Assembly (NCBI GenBank): GCA_013239625.1
Contig: MU054220.1
Coordinates: 1,293,509 to 1,357,508, forward strand
Length of the DNA: 64,000 nt
Direction: 5' to 3'
Source: Lama guanicoe
Taxonomy: Eukaryota
Shown: positions 1 to 12,295 of the stretch, in pieces
How the letters are laid out: each line of letters opens with the position of its first letter
Numbering within the stretch: the first letter of the stretch is position 1
Notes under the pieces: generated by a model
Told to the model about the DNA's origin: nothing
The model's database searches: none
The model's input: the letters and a program-made list of their open reading frames with translations, nothing else
Position numbers and translations under genes: made by a program

Positions 1-1055
1 ATCCCTGCAGGTTCGGAGCAGAGGAAGGTCACGATCCAACTTCCATTTTTTAAAGGGATCCTTTTGGCTGCCTCACTGACAATAGACTGAAAAGAGACAA
101 AGGTCGAAGTGGGGAGACCAGTGGGGGGGCCCCGTGGTAACCCGGTGAGGGACAGTGGGGTCTGGGATTCTGGATCTGCCTTGAGGGTCAGGGGACAGAC
201 GCAGGGTGTGAGGGAGTGGAGCCAAGGACGACTCCAAGGCTTGGGGTGCGAACTGCGCTGGGGAAAGTGAGCAGAACCAGGAACACGTGTGGGTTTGGGC
301 TACTGGGCTTTCTGTGGAGGGAGAAGGGAAACACTCCTCTAAATAGTCAGGGTGCAATTATTCCCTACTTCGGGGCACCAAAAGAGTCTCCTTCAAAACT
401 CCTGGCTTCCACCTGCCTCTCCCCCGAGGTCTCCGGAGTCCAGAGGTGATTTATCTCGCCCAGGTGGTCCGCTCCTCCACCCGGGAGCAGCCGCTCCACC
501 CATGAGGAGGCCTGTGGGTGCTCAAGGCTGCCCATGACTGGGTGGGCACACTGGTCTAATACCAGGTTCCTATCAGGAAGCTCACGCTGCCCACACCAAA
601 GCCACATCCTCCAACCAAGCCGTTATCAGAAGAAAGGTGATATTTTGATTTTTACTTTTTTCACTCTCAGCCTCTCTCTTAAGTGGTTCAGAGATCTGAA
701 AAACAAATATGCTGCATAAACCCAAAAAATAAGACGTCGGGGCATTTAAAACAACAACTAACTTTGTCCCGAGTTTTGCAGCTCATTGGAACCTCATAAT
801 GACCCCCTCCCCTCGTCAGTTAACAAGCAAATGATTCCTCTGCCCCTTTTATTAATTAAACACTCACCATCAGCACCAGGCTAAGCCATGAAGGGTGGGG
901 GAGGCGAGGGAGGTCTGAATCAGGCATATCTTCTTATAGGTGAGAAGGCTACTCCGAGCGGTAAGTACTTTGCAAAAGGCCACACCATCAGATGACAAAG
1001 AGGCCGGCCGCCAAGGTCTTTCAGTGGTTAAGTCTGTGCTCTTTTCATATTTATG

Positions 1056-1235
1056 AGCTGGGTGACTTTGGGCAAGTTACTTAACCTCTCTATGCCTGAG
1101 TTTTATCATCTATAAAACAGAGATGATGACAACACCTGCCTCATTGGGTTATTGTGAGGATTAAATGAGTTAATTGATGCAAAATACTTGGAAGAATAAC
1201 TGACACACAGCAAGCGCTCAGTAACTGCCATCATC
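1056..1235 (+). mobile_element. MIR SINE
   Basis: GTGACTTTGGGCAAGTTACTTAACCTCTCT...CATCTATAAAA...GTTATTGTGAGGATTAAATGAG core. Confidence 0.88.
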
Positions 1236-1237
1236 AC

Positions 1238-1279
<42 letters not shown>
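1238..1279. repeat. (TAT)14 microsatellite
   Basis: Perfect trinucleotide run at the MIR tail. Confidence 0.95.
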
Positions 1280-1309
1280 CCTACCAAGCTGCCCAATAAT
1301 TAGGATAAT

Positions 1310-1480
1310 AACTATCATTACTAAATACTCTGTGCCAAGAATTGTACACTAAGTGCTTTACATGCAGTAACTCACTGAAACCTTACAACAATCTCTGAGT
1401 TTTGCCCCATTTATACACTCAAGAAACTAAAATTCAGAGAGCTCACATAACCACTAAGGGTCAAAGTTGAACTCAGGTCT
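1310..1480 (-). mobile_element. MIR SINE
   Basis: TGTGCCAAG...CTAAGTGCTTTACATGC...CCCCATTT...TCAGAGAG. Confidence 0.6.
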
Positions 1481-3639
1481 TAACAAGTTAGGTACCAGAA
1501 ACATATTTGCTGCATAAAATAAAAAGCAACAAGTGTGCTTCTAACTTCTATACAAATGTTTAAAATACATGCAGAATCAAGGGCGCCTCCCTCATACACA
1601 AAGCTCCTTGGGAGAAGCCTTAGCTCCAAAGTACAAAAGGAAAAATGGTCCACAATTCTTGTTAACTTCATCCACAGTGTGATACTAATCACCCCAGACC
1701 ACATCCTAGATCCACTGCAACCTAAAAACCCACTTCCTCCCCAGAACACATCCCAGGGAGCAAAAGTCAACATCCAGCCCCAGCTTCTCCGAGAACACCT
1801 TGTATATTGACCTATGCATGCCAGCAAATAACTGAGCTGGAACAACATTCTCCCAACGCCTGGAAAGGGATCAGAGTGACTTGGCTTGAAATGCATCGCG
1901 TCTTCGATGCTGCTTGTAATTCCCAGCACCAGGCAAGCCGAGCCAAGCAAGCTAGCAGCGTCCTGCTGGATCCTGAGATCGGCATCAGAGACCAAGACAA
2001 GTTGGCCCCAGCGGCCTTTCCTGAACCTGACTTCAAGGGCCTACCTCCATCAGCTGACCCTGAGGCCTACCGGTGGAATGGGACCCTCGGGTCCCCAGGA
2101 CTGCCCGTGGAGCAACAGAAGGGACATCTGACAGCCAGCCCTGGAAACTAACCCGCCTTGAAGTATGGAGCCTAGGGGCCCAACCAAGGACGGGGATGGG
2201 GTGATACTGTCCTTCACATGTTGGTCATGAGACCAGCCCTCAAGCTTCCCAAGGCGCGAATTCATCAGCAACATTCTAGAGATGATGTGACTGTCACACT
2301 CGTGGGAGGAGGAGGTGAAGGGAACAGAGGTTAAGAAGAAAAGCAAGGGGTGGACTACGAGTTAACCCCAGAGAACTGGCGGAAGATTTAGGGCCCCTCA
2401 GACTCCATGAATCACTGTTGTATCAAAAGCTCCGTGCTGGCAGGCAACCTGCCAGGCAAAGTGCGGTCCACTGGGACCAGAAGAATTCACGGTCCATAAA
2501 TGACACATCCTGACCACTCTGGACGGGTGTCTGCCGCATACCCTCCACGTGCCAGGCACCGTGCTAGAAAAGAGTATTTCCCATAAAAATAGAAGGTCCT
2601 GCTCTTCTCAGGGGAAGAAAAGCAAAAGATCTGGCAAGACGGGGCCACATTCTCGCATGACAACCAGGGCTGTGGCTAAGTAGCAGTGGCCTCCTGGGGG
2701 GCTTGACCCCTCAGACTCAATAACAGTGTCCCCAGTCCATGTCCCTCGTTATTGCAGGCTGGTGGCCCCCGTGTTGCTAGAGGAAGCAAGCACTGCATCA
2801 AGCAAGGTGTCGTGAGATGGCACAACTGCAGGGCCTTCCCCAGCTCCTACAATTCTGCCAAGCCCTTACTTCCTTGTCCATGACTTTTGGTATCACTTCC
2901 TTGTTACTGGGGGATGCATGAAGGGCATTCCATTGATGACGGTAATGTGGAGCCAGCCCCCTTGGGCAAGCATGCTTGATGCTGCCCCAGGCCCTTCTCT
3001 GAGCCCTGGATCCATCTGTCCCACCCTGTAAGGTCTCAGCTCCCCCTGAAAGTATCAGGATGCAGACACATGAGATCCCCAGCCTCCCCTGGCCTCGGAG
3101 GCTCCTCCACCCCCCGAAGGGCATGAGCCTTTGCCAAGCAGGGCGAAGGTGCCCGGGGGCCTTGCCGCCACAACACTGGCACTGACACAGGGGCTGGACT
3201 GGTGAGCACCTCGGTTCCAGGCTGAAGCCAGGAGGGAGTAGGCCATCCGTGGGCTCCAGAGGATGGCCCGCATCTCCTGAAGTCCTGACAGGCTAAAGAG
3301 AAAGGCAAGTGCCCGCCCCAAGGGAACCATATTCCCACGTTTCAGGAACCTGAAGATGGTCCCCCTCTGCTCCCAGTGCACACTCACAGTTGGATCACAA
3401 CTCCATTACATTGCAGGCTGAGAACAAACACCAAGCCTGGCACCCCCGGAGATGCGCTAGCTTGTGTCTTTCTAAACTCAGCCCTACACTGACGGGATCC
3501 GGGGGCGAACCTACAGGCAACTCTAGACACTAGAGAGAGAGCACAGGACAAGACAAACCCTGCCCTCAGGAAGCACAGGCCCTTGGCCTTCAGACCTGGC
3601 GAAGTACCACCTTCGCCCCGTCACTGTGATCAAGGCACT

Positions 3640-3830
3640 AATGTTTGCCGTGCTCACTCCGGCTCAGCTGACGTGTTACACATTTCACTCTCATTATCAC
3701 ATCTGGGCGTGCACATTATCTGCCTGTTTAACAGATGAGAAAACAGAGGCTTAGCGAAGTTAAAGCAACTTGCTCAAAGTCACAGAAGGAACTAGAATGC
3801 AAACCCAGGAAGTCTGACTCCTGAACTCAT
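3640..3830 (-). mobile_element. MIR SINE
   Basis: ACAGATGAGAAAACAGAGGCTTAGCGAAGTTAAAGCAACTTGCTCAAAGTCACA. Confidence 0.75.
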
Positions 3831-4024
3831 GCTAGAAATGCCAGTCAAGCATCAGTTCCTGATTTTCAGATGAGGAAGCTGACCTCAGAAAGTGTATGTA
3901 ATTCGTCCAAGATGATAAAACTAGGAAAACCAGGAAGAGGGCTGACTTCCAAGCCCACTTTCTTCCACCCCTTCCTGGCAGCCCCCCGAGAAGCCTGTGT
4001 TTTCTTGGTCGTCTCCCCTTACAG

Positions 4025-4245
4025 CAGGAATTCTCGACGTCCACACTGCTGGCTCTGGGGCCAGACAGTGCACCCCTGCGGGGAGCCGTCCTGTGCATGT
4101 GGGGTTTCTACCAGCATGCCTGGACTTTACGCATTAGATGCCAAAGCAACTTTAGAATCCTCTGCCCCCGACTCATGACATCAGAAGGTCTCCTGATGTG
4201 GCCAGATGTCCCCTGGAGGCAAAATCACCCCCAGTTGTGACCTGC
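4025..4245 (-). mobile_element. MER20-like hAT MITE
   Basis: GTCCTGTGCAT...TAGATGCCA...AGATGTCCCCTGGAGGCAAAATCACCCCCAGTTG matches the reverse MER20 consensus as recalled. Confidence 0.75.
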
Positions 4246-4593
4246 ACAGAATACCAGGGACACACAGCCCACAACCCAAGAGCCCTGGGTACGAGCCTGG
4301 CATTAGATCCCACCCCTGCCCCCGGGCGGGGGCCTCGGTCTCCTGCTTTGTGACACAGGCAGTCCCTCACGGGGCTGAAGTGGAGGGTAAATGAAACTGG
4401 TTATGCAAAGCAGCTGGCTGGGTGGCTGGCTCACTGCCCTGGGTGACCAACTGCTCTTAGTGGTTGTCAGCAAAATGAGTCTGGTCATCCAGTGCAGACC
4501 CAACTCACAGGGCCCTGAAAAACCTCTCTGAAAACCAGGAGCAGGTTTTTCCACATTTACAGAGAAACACAACCATCACAAACACCATTTTCC

Positions 4594-4767
4594 GGGGGAG
4601 GGTACAGCTCAAGTGGTAGAGCACATGCTTAGCATGCATGAGGTCCTGGGTTCAATCCCTAGTACCTCCTCTAAAAATAAATAAACCTAATTACATTCCC
4701 CCCACCATAAATAAATAAAAATTAACACAAAACAAAACAAAAAAACACCTGACAAAAAAAAAAAAAA
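4594..4767 (+). mobile_element. Vic-1-like tRNA-Ala-derived SINE
   Basis: Head GGGGAGGGTACAGCTCAAGTGGTAGAG, anticodon arm CATGC-TTAGCAT-GCATG, B box GGTTCAATCCC, body TAAATAAACCTAATTAC and A-rich tail. Degenerate TSD (aaacaccattttcc / aaacccacccttttcc). Confidence 0.85.
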
Positions 4768-5063
4768 CCCACCCTTTTCCTTATGCCATGGTTGGAGGGG
4801 TGACCACATGACCAAGTGACTTCCCCTAAACCAAGAGTAAGAAAGAAAGACAGAAAACCTCAGCAGCTTGGCCTGGAGGTCAAATGTAAGAATCTTCCAG
4901 CTCGAGCCTGGATCCCAGTGGCCCATCATACAGCCTTCACACCGTGAGTCAGTTTGCACAAACTTGCACACAAGCACACACATACACACACACACACAAA
5001 CTAATGTCCCAAGCATCAGAGCAGCACTTTAGGATAATGAAATACATAAACTAAATGCTTGGC

Positions 5064-5190
5064 GGGGAGGGTATAGCTCAATGATAGAGCACGTGCTCAG
5101 CAAGCATGAGGTCCTGGGTTCAATCTCCAGAACCTGCATTAATAAACAAACCAACAAACCTAATTACCTCCACGGCTCCCCCCCAAAAAT
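5064..5190 (+). mobile_element. Vic-1-like SINE (left unit of tandem pair)
   Basis: GGGGAGGGTATAGCTCA head, GGTTCAATCTCC B box, AAACCTAATTACCTCC body. Confidence 0.85.
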
Positions 5191-5191
5191 A

Positions 5192-5290
5192 GGGGGAGGG
5201 AAATAGCTCAGTGGTAGAGCACATGCTTAGCTGCATGCACGTGGTCCTTGGTTCAATCCCCACTTATCTCCATTAAAAAATAATAATAAA
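5192..5290 (+). mobile_element. Vic-1-like SINE (right unit of tandem pair; tRNA head plus A tail)
   Basis: GGGGGAGGGAAATAGCTCAGTGGTAGAGC...GGTTCAATCCCC followed by an A/TAA tail. Confidence 0.85.
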
Positions 5291-6949
5291 TAAATGCTCA
5301 GTAATAGAAGAGTTACATAAAATATATTACAAAAGACACTGGGATATTATGCAGTTTACCAAATGATGCTTTAAAAGAACAATTATCAACATGAGAAAGT
5401 GTTCATGATAAGACACAAAGTGAGGCAGATGAGACATAAAGAATATACAATATGACATGTTTTATAACGTACGTATCCTGGGGGATAAAGTCATAAGGAA
5501 ACGGTAAAATGTTAACAATGTTCATCTCAAGGTAGCAGATTAAGGGATTTCTATTTCTTCTTTATTTGTTCCTTGTTTCCCCAGTTCCCTATCTACAGTG
5601 ACTCAGAGGCAGGAAAGCCCTGAGGGTAAGTGCAGGTTGGAATCCCAGCTCTGCCAGTCACCTGCCGTGTGACCCTGTGCTGAATCTCTAACTTTTCCCA
5701 GGTGATAATACTAATAACAGCAGGGACCCCAGATGGTAGCTGTTATTATTACTCTTTCTCCTGGAGGAGGGAGTTCAGCCCTGGGAATACAAATAATGGA
5801 TATTACGGGTAAAAAAAAAGTTGTCATCAGTTAATTAGATGTCTCCCCTGAAAGCGTTTATATTAAGACTGCAGAAAGACAGAAATGTTCACCAGGTGCT
5901 TTTGCAAAATTCCTCTGAGTTACCAAGACTGAGACGTGAACCATTTCCTGAAAACCAGCCACTCTCATGAGCTGCGCTAAACATAAGACCGGTAGTACGT
6001 CCCCCAAAGGTCACCTGCTACCGCAAAGGGGCACATGACACCTCGGCTTAAATAGGTGTTTCTGGAAAAGTGCACGTAAAGGGGTGTTGCAAGCTGAACC
6101 CTGTTTATGGCATAGCAGGAGGGAGCTCTGTTTCAAAGAATCCAAGAAATAAAGTTATAATCTGCTTGTATCGTCTGAAGAAAAAAATCTTCCCAAATGT
6201 TACTGTTCTATTTGAGGTTTGGATAAATTGGATTTTCTCAGCACAAGGCATCTCGGCAAACCACATGCTCTAATGTTTAACTAACTCTGTAAATAGATGC
6301 CCCAAGGCTTCAGGGACAGCCTGGCACACGGTCGGCACCGGTGCACCCTGAGGGCAGATGTGTGAACCAATGGGAACCAGTCCACGGAGGAAAAGAAATC
6401 TCATTTGACAAAACGTGCCAGGTTTGCCAGTCGCGTGTGTGAAAACAAGCTCACGCGGGCTCGGGTCCGCACACCAGCAAACACCCGACTGAAACCACAC
6501 GACTGGAGCGGCTGTGGAACCTGCAGGGCGGGCTCACCAGGGGCACAGACAGCATGGAAATGCTCTGCTCATTGTCTGTTCTCCACGTGTCGGGGCTCAG
6601 GGGAGGCCCTTCTCATTTGCACCCAGTTCCTTTCAGCAAAAAGTGCCTTTAATCACAAACCTTCAATAAATCAAAGATTACAGTTTTTCCCCGCCAGTTC
6701 TCACTGCATAACAAGCGCATAACAATGAAATATGTTATGGGGGCTCCACGGGGCCTCTGAGAGGTAGGCAGCGCCATTAAAAATCATCCCACATAAAGCC
6801 CAAGGTGGGTCTGTCCTCCCACATGGAGGGCTGCACTTAAAACAGCACCTTCAAGTTTTCTAAGACAGTCCTGATTTGAAATGTTCTCCCTTTCCCTGTC
6901 TCCATACACTGTACCTACTGGTTTAGGGCTTGCGATGGTCACTATAACT

Positions 6950-7157
6950 CAGCGGTTCTCATTGGGTGCAGTTCTGTCCCCCCAGGGGGCACCTGCCAAT
7001 GTCTGGAGACATTTCTGGTGGTCTCGGTTGGGCGAGGTGACACGGGTTCCGGACAGGGGAGGCGTGCTACAGGCACCCAGTCGGGAGAGGCCAGATGCTC
7101 CCACGGCAAAGAATGACCTGTCCCCAACCATCAGGAGTGCTGAGGCTGGGAGGCCCT
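6950..7157 (+). mobile_element. MER20-like hAT MITE
   Basis: CAGCGGTTCTCA...CAATGTCTGGAGACATTT...GAGGCCAG...AAAGAATGA...GTGCTGAGGCTGGGAGGCCCT. Confidence 0.75.
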
Positions 7158-7191
7158 ACCATCATTAGAAGGCTCAAGAAGGGAAAGCTGA

Positions 7192-7325
7192 GGGGGGAGG
7201 GTGTAGCTCAGTGGTAAAGAGAGTGCTTAGCATGCACAAGGTCCTGGGTTCAATCCCCAGTTCCTCTATTTAAATAAATAAACAAACAAACCTAATTTCC
7301 TTCCTCCCCCACAAAAAAAAAAATT
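7192..7325 (+). mobile_element. Vic-1-like SINE with 12-bp TSD
   Basis: tRNA-Ala head, body and poly-A. Perfect TSD AGGGAAAGCTGA at 7180-7191 and 7326-7337. Confidence 0.92.
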
Positions 7326-10300
7326 AGGGAAAGCTGAAGGAGATTTAAAATAAATACTCCTACCTCAGGACTGCAAGTGCAGTTTATTCCTAAGCAGGAC
7401 TGGGTTCCTTCGGGGAGGCGTAGCCCTGCATCATTGGCTATATGAGCTGGGGTAGTGATTTACTCCATCCAAGCCTGTTTCTTCAGCTGTACCATGGGGA
7501 CGCTAACACTACCTGCCTTTTCAGGACTTTTGGTGGCAACAATGTGAGGTTCTGCCCACAAAGGGTTCACAGCGCTTCCACAAGGCCCTGCACACGGCCA
7601 CCACCAATTGCACAAGAGATTCGTCAGCTGAGACGTCTTCTGGAAGGTGACAGTCATCGCTGCCATCAGCTGGGGAGCAGCCAGGCCGAGGAAGCCTCGG
7701 GCAGAGGGAGGAGTCTTCCCAGGAGCCAGGCAGAGCCACTTAGGACACTGAGCAATTCGGGGCAGCTCAGGGTTCTCTGAGTAGAGTTTCCTGGGGTCAC
7801 CTGTACTCCCAAAGATGTCCTGGATGGGGGCAATGGGACCAGACCAGTTCCAGGTCAGCATCTGGCGGCAGAGGCCAAAAATCATCAAAGAAAATGATTA
7901 GCCAGGGTTCTTCTGTAGACCTCACAAGAAAGAACAGCAGACGAAACCACAAACACCCCCACTTCAATCTGCCCTTTAAATAACATGACAAAGACAACTC
8001 AGAATGCAGTGTTCAGGGGCCTCGGAGTCCCCCAAAATGCTGGCTAATTGCAAGGCATCCCCCAGGAAAACCACTAACGGCCAGAACCAAACAGAGTTAG
8101 CCACAACCAAGCCGAGAGGGTGGGGGCCCCACAACAGCCTGAGCAGAGGTGAGAGCTGCGTGTGCACGGGGACTTCTGCTTCTACAGAGAAGCACCAAGG
8201 CACCCGCCCCAGGCCGCGTCATCCTCCCCGACCCCATGTCACACTCATGCCCACGTGCGCCAGGAGGTCACTGGTGGCTCAACTCGGAATTTCCAGACTT
8301 CTGTTTTCTAAAAGATTTAGAAGGGCTTCAAAGTTAATATAGGTTCATGTTGGCAACAAATGTGAGGGCTTTATTTTGAGTGTTTAACCCCAACCCTGAT
8401 AAAACACAATTGTGAGACATGGCCAAGCCCCTGTCTTCAGACAGACACCCGCTCTGGCCCTCAGATCAGTGACACCCCACATCCCTGAGTCCAGATTACA
8501 AGATGAGACACAGGGCTTCATCTTCACATATGAGCAACTTTGAATTTTTTTGAATGTATTTGAGAGTTCACCAAAATGACTGGTTATTCTGCAAACTCAT
8601 TTATTTTTATGGGAACACATTATTCTGAGGTGGGCAGCATACGATAGAACTCAAACCAGAGTCTGTTCAGATTCCAGCTCATCTACTGTGTGACCCTAGA
8701 GAGGTACCCCAGACTCTCTGAGCCTACATTTACACATATGTAAACTGTGCTAATAATGCATATTTAGGGGAAGGGGGAACACACAGGGAGAACGGCGGTA
8801 ACAGGGTTTTTAAGATTTTACTAAACTTTGTTTTACTAAATTTTTTACTAAATTTTTAGGATTTTACTAAACTTCTCCCCCAGCCTCCAATCCCTGCTCG
8901 CCATTTCTCATTCATACCACCTCAATAAGGGATGCCCACCCCTAGGCTCTCAGCTCTACGTGAACAGGGACTTTGTCGGTCTCATCCATGAAGGCCAAGT
9001 TTACGGCGGGGCTCCGCACACAGCAGACACTTCAGTAACTACAGACTGAATGAAAGTAACACCCCCCCAATCCCAAGCACAGGGCTCTGTTTCTTCTCTA
9101 TACGACATAAGAGATATTCTCCCCCCGCATTACTGAGAAGATTACATGAGTTAACGGAGGGGAAGGTGCCGGGCACAGGGCCCCCACAGGTGCTGATAAG
9201 CAGCAATCCACCCCGCACTCAGCTCGGATGAGATCACAAACAGAGCCAGGCTTTGAAACGGTCACACACAATGTGCACACAATCAGGTGGCATTCTCATT
9301 TTCTCCTCGATGCACAAGAACACACGTAGAGCCGCACTTGTAAGCGCCAGGTGGCCAGCGCCTCCACCCTCCAGGGAGAGGCAGGGCGGGCGTGGCCTGC
9401 ACACTCAGACCAGACGTCGCCAGGCAGCCTGGACCACAACCATCTGCACCCGCCCAAGGGGTCTGAGAATCAGCGCCACACGCAAATACTCCTCCGGTTC
9501 CCCTCCACCCATCTCCACCCGGGCAGCCAAGAGGGACTCAAAACACAAGGTGGGTCAAGAAAAGGGAGGTGGAAGGAAGGGGAGAAAACCAAACAACAAA
9601 AAGAAAAATCCTGGGGAGCTACAGATCCCAGTAAGAGTTGCAAGAGTCTTGAGCAAACGGTCCCAAGCTTTTACCTAGACAGAGACATCTCACTACCCTT
9701 CTGCACTAAAGACAAGTTCTCCTGCTCAGCTCTGAAGGGCAGAAACCAGAAAGACTTAAATCTCGAAAGACTTCCAAGGTCGCCCACTGGGATGTGGGGC
9801 AAAAGGGCATAACGCAGAGAATGTCTTGCAGTGAAAATGCAGGTTCAAGTCCAGCTCTGCCCCTGCTCACCAGGGGGACCCAGGCAGCTCCTAAAACCTC
9901 CCTGGGACCCACTCTCCCCAGCTGTCAAAACAAAGAGGTTACAAGGACACCCTTCCAGACCAAAAGTGGCCTATGTGCATCAGAAGTCAGCTACAAAATT
10001 CAGACCTCAAGTTAATGCACTGAGCCAAAAAGCTCTCTTCCTCCCAAAGAACAATCCCAAGTCCCATAATTTGTGGGAAAAAGGAAAAGCTGGGTGGGTA
10101 TCTCAAAGGTGCTGCTCAGAGGCCATCCCGCTGGTGGGGTAAGAAGCATTATCACAGAGGGAAGGGGAAAATTCTGAAAGGTGCTGAGTGGGTGAGCAAA
10201 ACCACCCCCTACATCGAAGAAATTCCTCCATGGTCTCACTAACTATTTATTGAGAATCTACTTCAGCCAGACCCTGGCAGAAGCTGGGGACACAGCAGTG

Positions 10301-12136
10301 ATGGCTTCCTCTCTGCCTTCGGTCACTGCTAAGTCCACAGCCCTTCCCTCCCTTGTAGCTTTGGTCACTAAAGGCCTGACTTGGCCCATGTCCTCACCCT
10401 GGTTTTCACAGAGTAGTGGAAGGAATATCAGCCTTGGGAGAGTAGCTAAGTTCCAACTACTTTGTGATCTTAAACAAGTCTCCATTTTCTCCTGCCTGAA
10501 ATGGGGGAGACCCGACCCGACCTCTTCACCTTCCGGGTTCCCATAATACGTAGGAAAATCCCATTGAGGCCAATAAAAGCGTTATGCAAATGCATTATTC
10601 CTTTGTCCATCATCACTAGCAAGCCAGCCAGTGCTGGAGATCCCCAGTCTCTGCTGAAAATCACAGGCAACCCGCCTAGCCCCAGCCTGGTCCCTGGGCG
10701 ATCCAGTTCCTCTTTGGCCCCCACCAGCCCCTCAGGCTTGACCTCTGAGCAGCTGTGAATCTGCCCAACCATACGAGGGCTCTAACCAGAGATCCCACTT
10801 CCCACCCCCCAGCTGGGACCCAGGGAGGAAGTCAGCCCTCCGTCCAGCTGGGCGAGGAACCAGTTCACCCCCACTTGAGCAAGAAGCGTGTGTGCCTCAA
10901 AACACACACGGGTGAGAAGCACAAGCCTGGACCTCCCCGTCCCAGAGAAGGCCGTGCAGGCCAAGGCCAGTGCCTCCCACAGCCTGGCGCACCAGGTTCC
11001 CGCTCCTGCCCCGCACAGCCAGCCCTCGACGTGGGGGGGAAAGGAGCCCCGCACTGGGGAGCCCTCTGAGCAAACTGATCTCTCAGTTCTGGAACTCCCC
11101 AGAGCGTCAAAGTCACAGTCAGGGATTAAGGGTCCCTTCCAGGGGAGGGGAGAGGCGCCACACAACTGCCCCTCCGAATATGGCAAAGGCTTCTCCCACC
11201 TGCCCACCAGCATGGATTTGAAGGCCACTTAGGAGCTGTGAGAGCATGGGGACTCGCCCTCACAAATCCCCCACTTCCTCGACCCGCAGGATGGTTAGGA
11301 GGACTCAGAATGGGGCTGGTGCAGACCAAGCGCTCAGTGAACGGCCGCTACAGCCCCCTGCCAACTACAGCTGAGCCGGCCCCTTCCAAGACCCCATCCC
11401 ACAGGCCTTGGGACCCATGTCACTGGACTTGGCCAGCTTTGAAATACCCTTCTTGACAGAGAGAAGGAAAAAAACTCTAAAAAAGGAAAAAAAAAAACCA
11501 GAGTTATTCAACCATTTCCTTCCCTATTCTGCTTTGACCTTCCACAATGTCACACAGGTGGCACTGGTTCTAGTCAACTGAACACTGAACTTTCTCTGAA
11601 GACAAGAACCTTCTGTTTTTCCTGCACTTGTTTGTCCTCAGCTCTCACTGACGTCCAGGCCAGAGGTGCTGGTCTCCCTGGGGCTCTGCCTGGGTCTCCC
11701 TGGTCTGAGGGGTGTGGTTCTGTTCTTCCTGGAAAAGAAAAAGGCCTCAGACTAAATGTCACCCCGCCTATGACTATCAGGCTGGCAGAGCAGTTTCCAC
11801 CCAAGAGGGAGCTGATCAAAGACTGAAGAACTGAAGACCATTGTCTGCACTTGTACCAGGTTCTGGGTCCCACCCCACCCTGGACGGGTTTATTCTTTTT
11901 CATGAAACAGTCTACCAGTTGCATTTTTACAGTTTTGTGAGGCTTTTCATAGTCATATGTTCACAAATCATACGAAAAACTATTATCAGAACTTGAGCCT
12001 GATTCAAGGGCTGAAAAACATGATTCCTATGGTATCTCTTTGGGGCCTGTGTTTCAAGAAGTCTTGTGCTTTTCCATGTGACAGCCTCCTCCTAACTGAT
12101 CAATCTCTCTTCCTCTCTCTCCCTCTCTCTCTATAT

Positions 12137-12141
<5 letters not shown>

Positions 12142-12181
<40 letters not shown>
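12142..12181. repeat. (AC)~20 microsatellite preceded by a CT-rich tract
   Basis: Direct reading. Confidence 0.95.
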
Positions 12182-12182
<1 letters not shown>

Positions 12183-12205
12183 AGATAACAGAATCAGAGC
12201 CCAGG

Positions 12206-12295
12206 AGCTGGGGATATAGCTCAGTGGTAGAATGCATGCTTAGCATGCATGAGGTCCTAAGTTGAGTCCTTACTACCTCCATCTAAAAAAAAAAA
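12206..12295 (+). mobile_element. Short tRNA-Ala-derived SINE / retrocopy with TSD
   Basis: tRNA-like head followed almost directly by poly-A. TSD AATCAGAGCCCAGG at 12192-12205 and 12296-12309. Confidence 0.88.

Noticed and set aside
1106..1318. Poly-Ile 'membrane protein' ORF
   Set aside because: It is the translation of the (TAT)n microsatellite and flanking MIR.
8807..8874. CRISPR-like array or QKI/branch-point cluster
   Set aside because: Eukaryotic context with no unique spacers, and the TACTAA motifs are on the strand opposite to the PTPRJ pre-mRNA.
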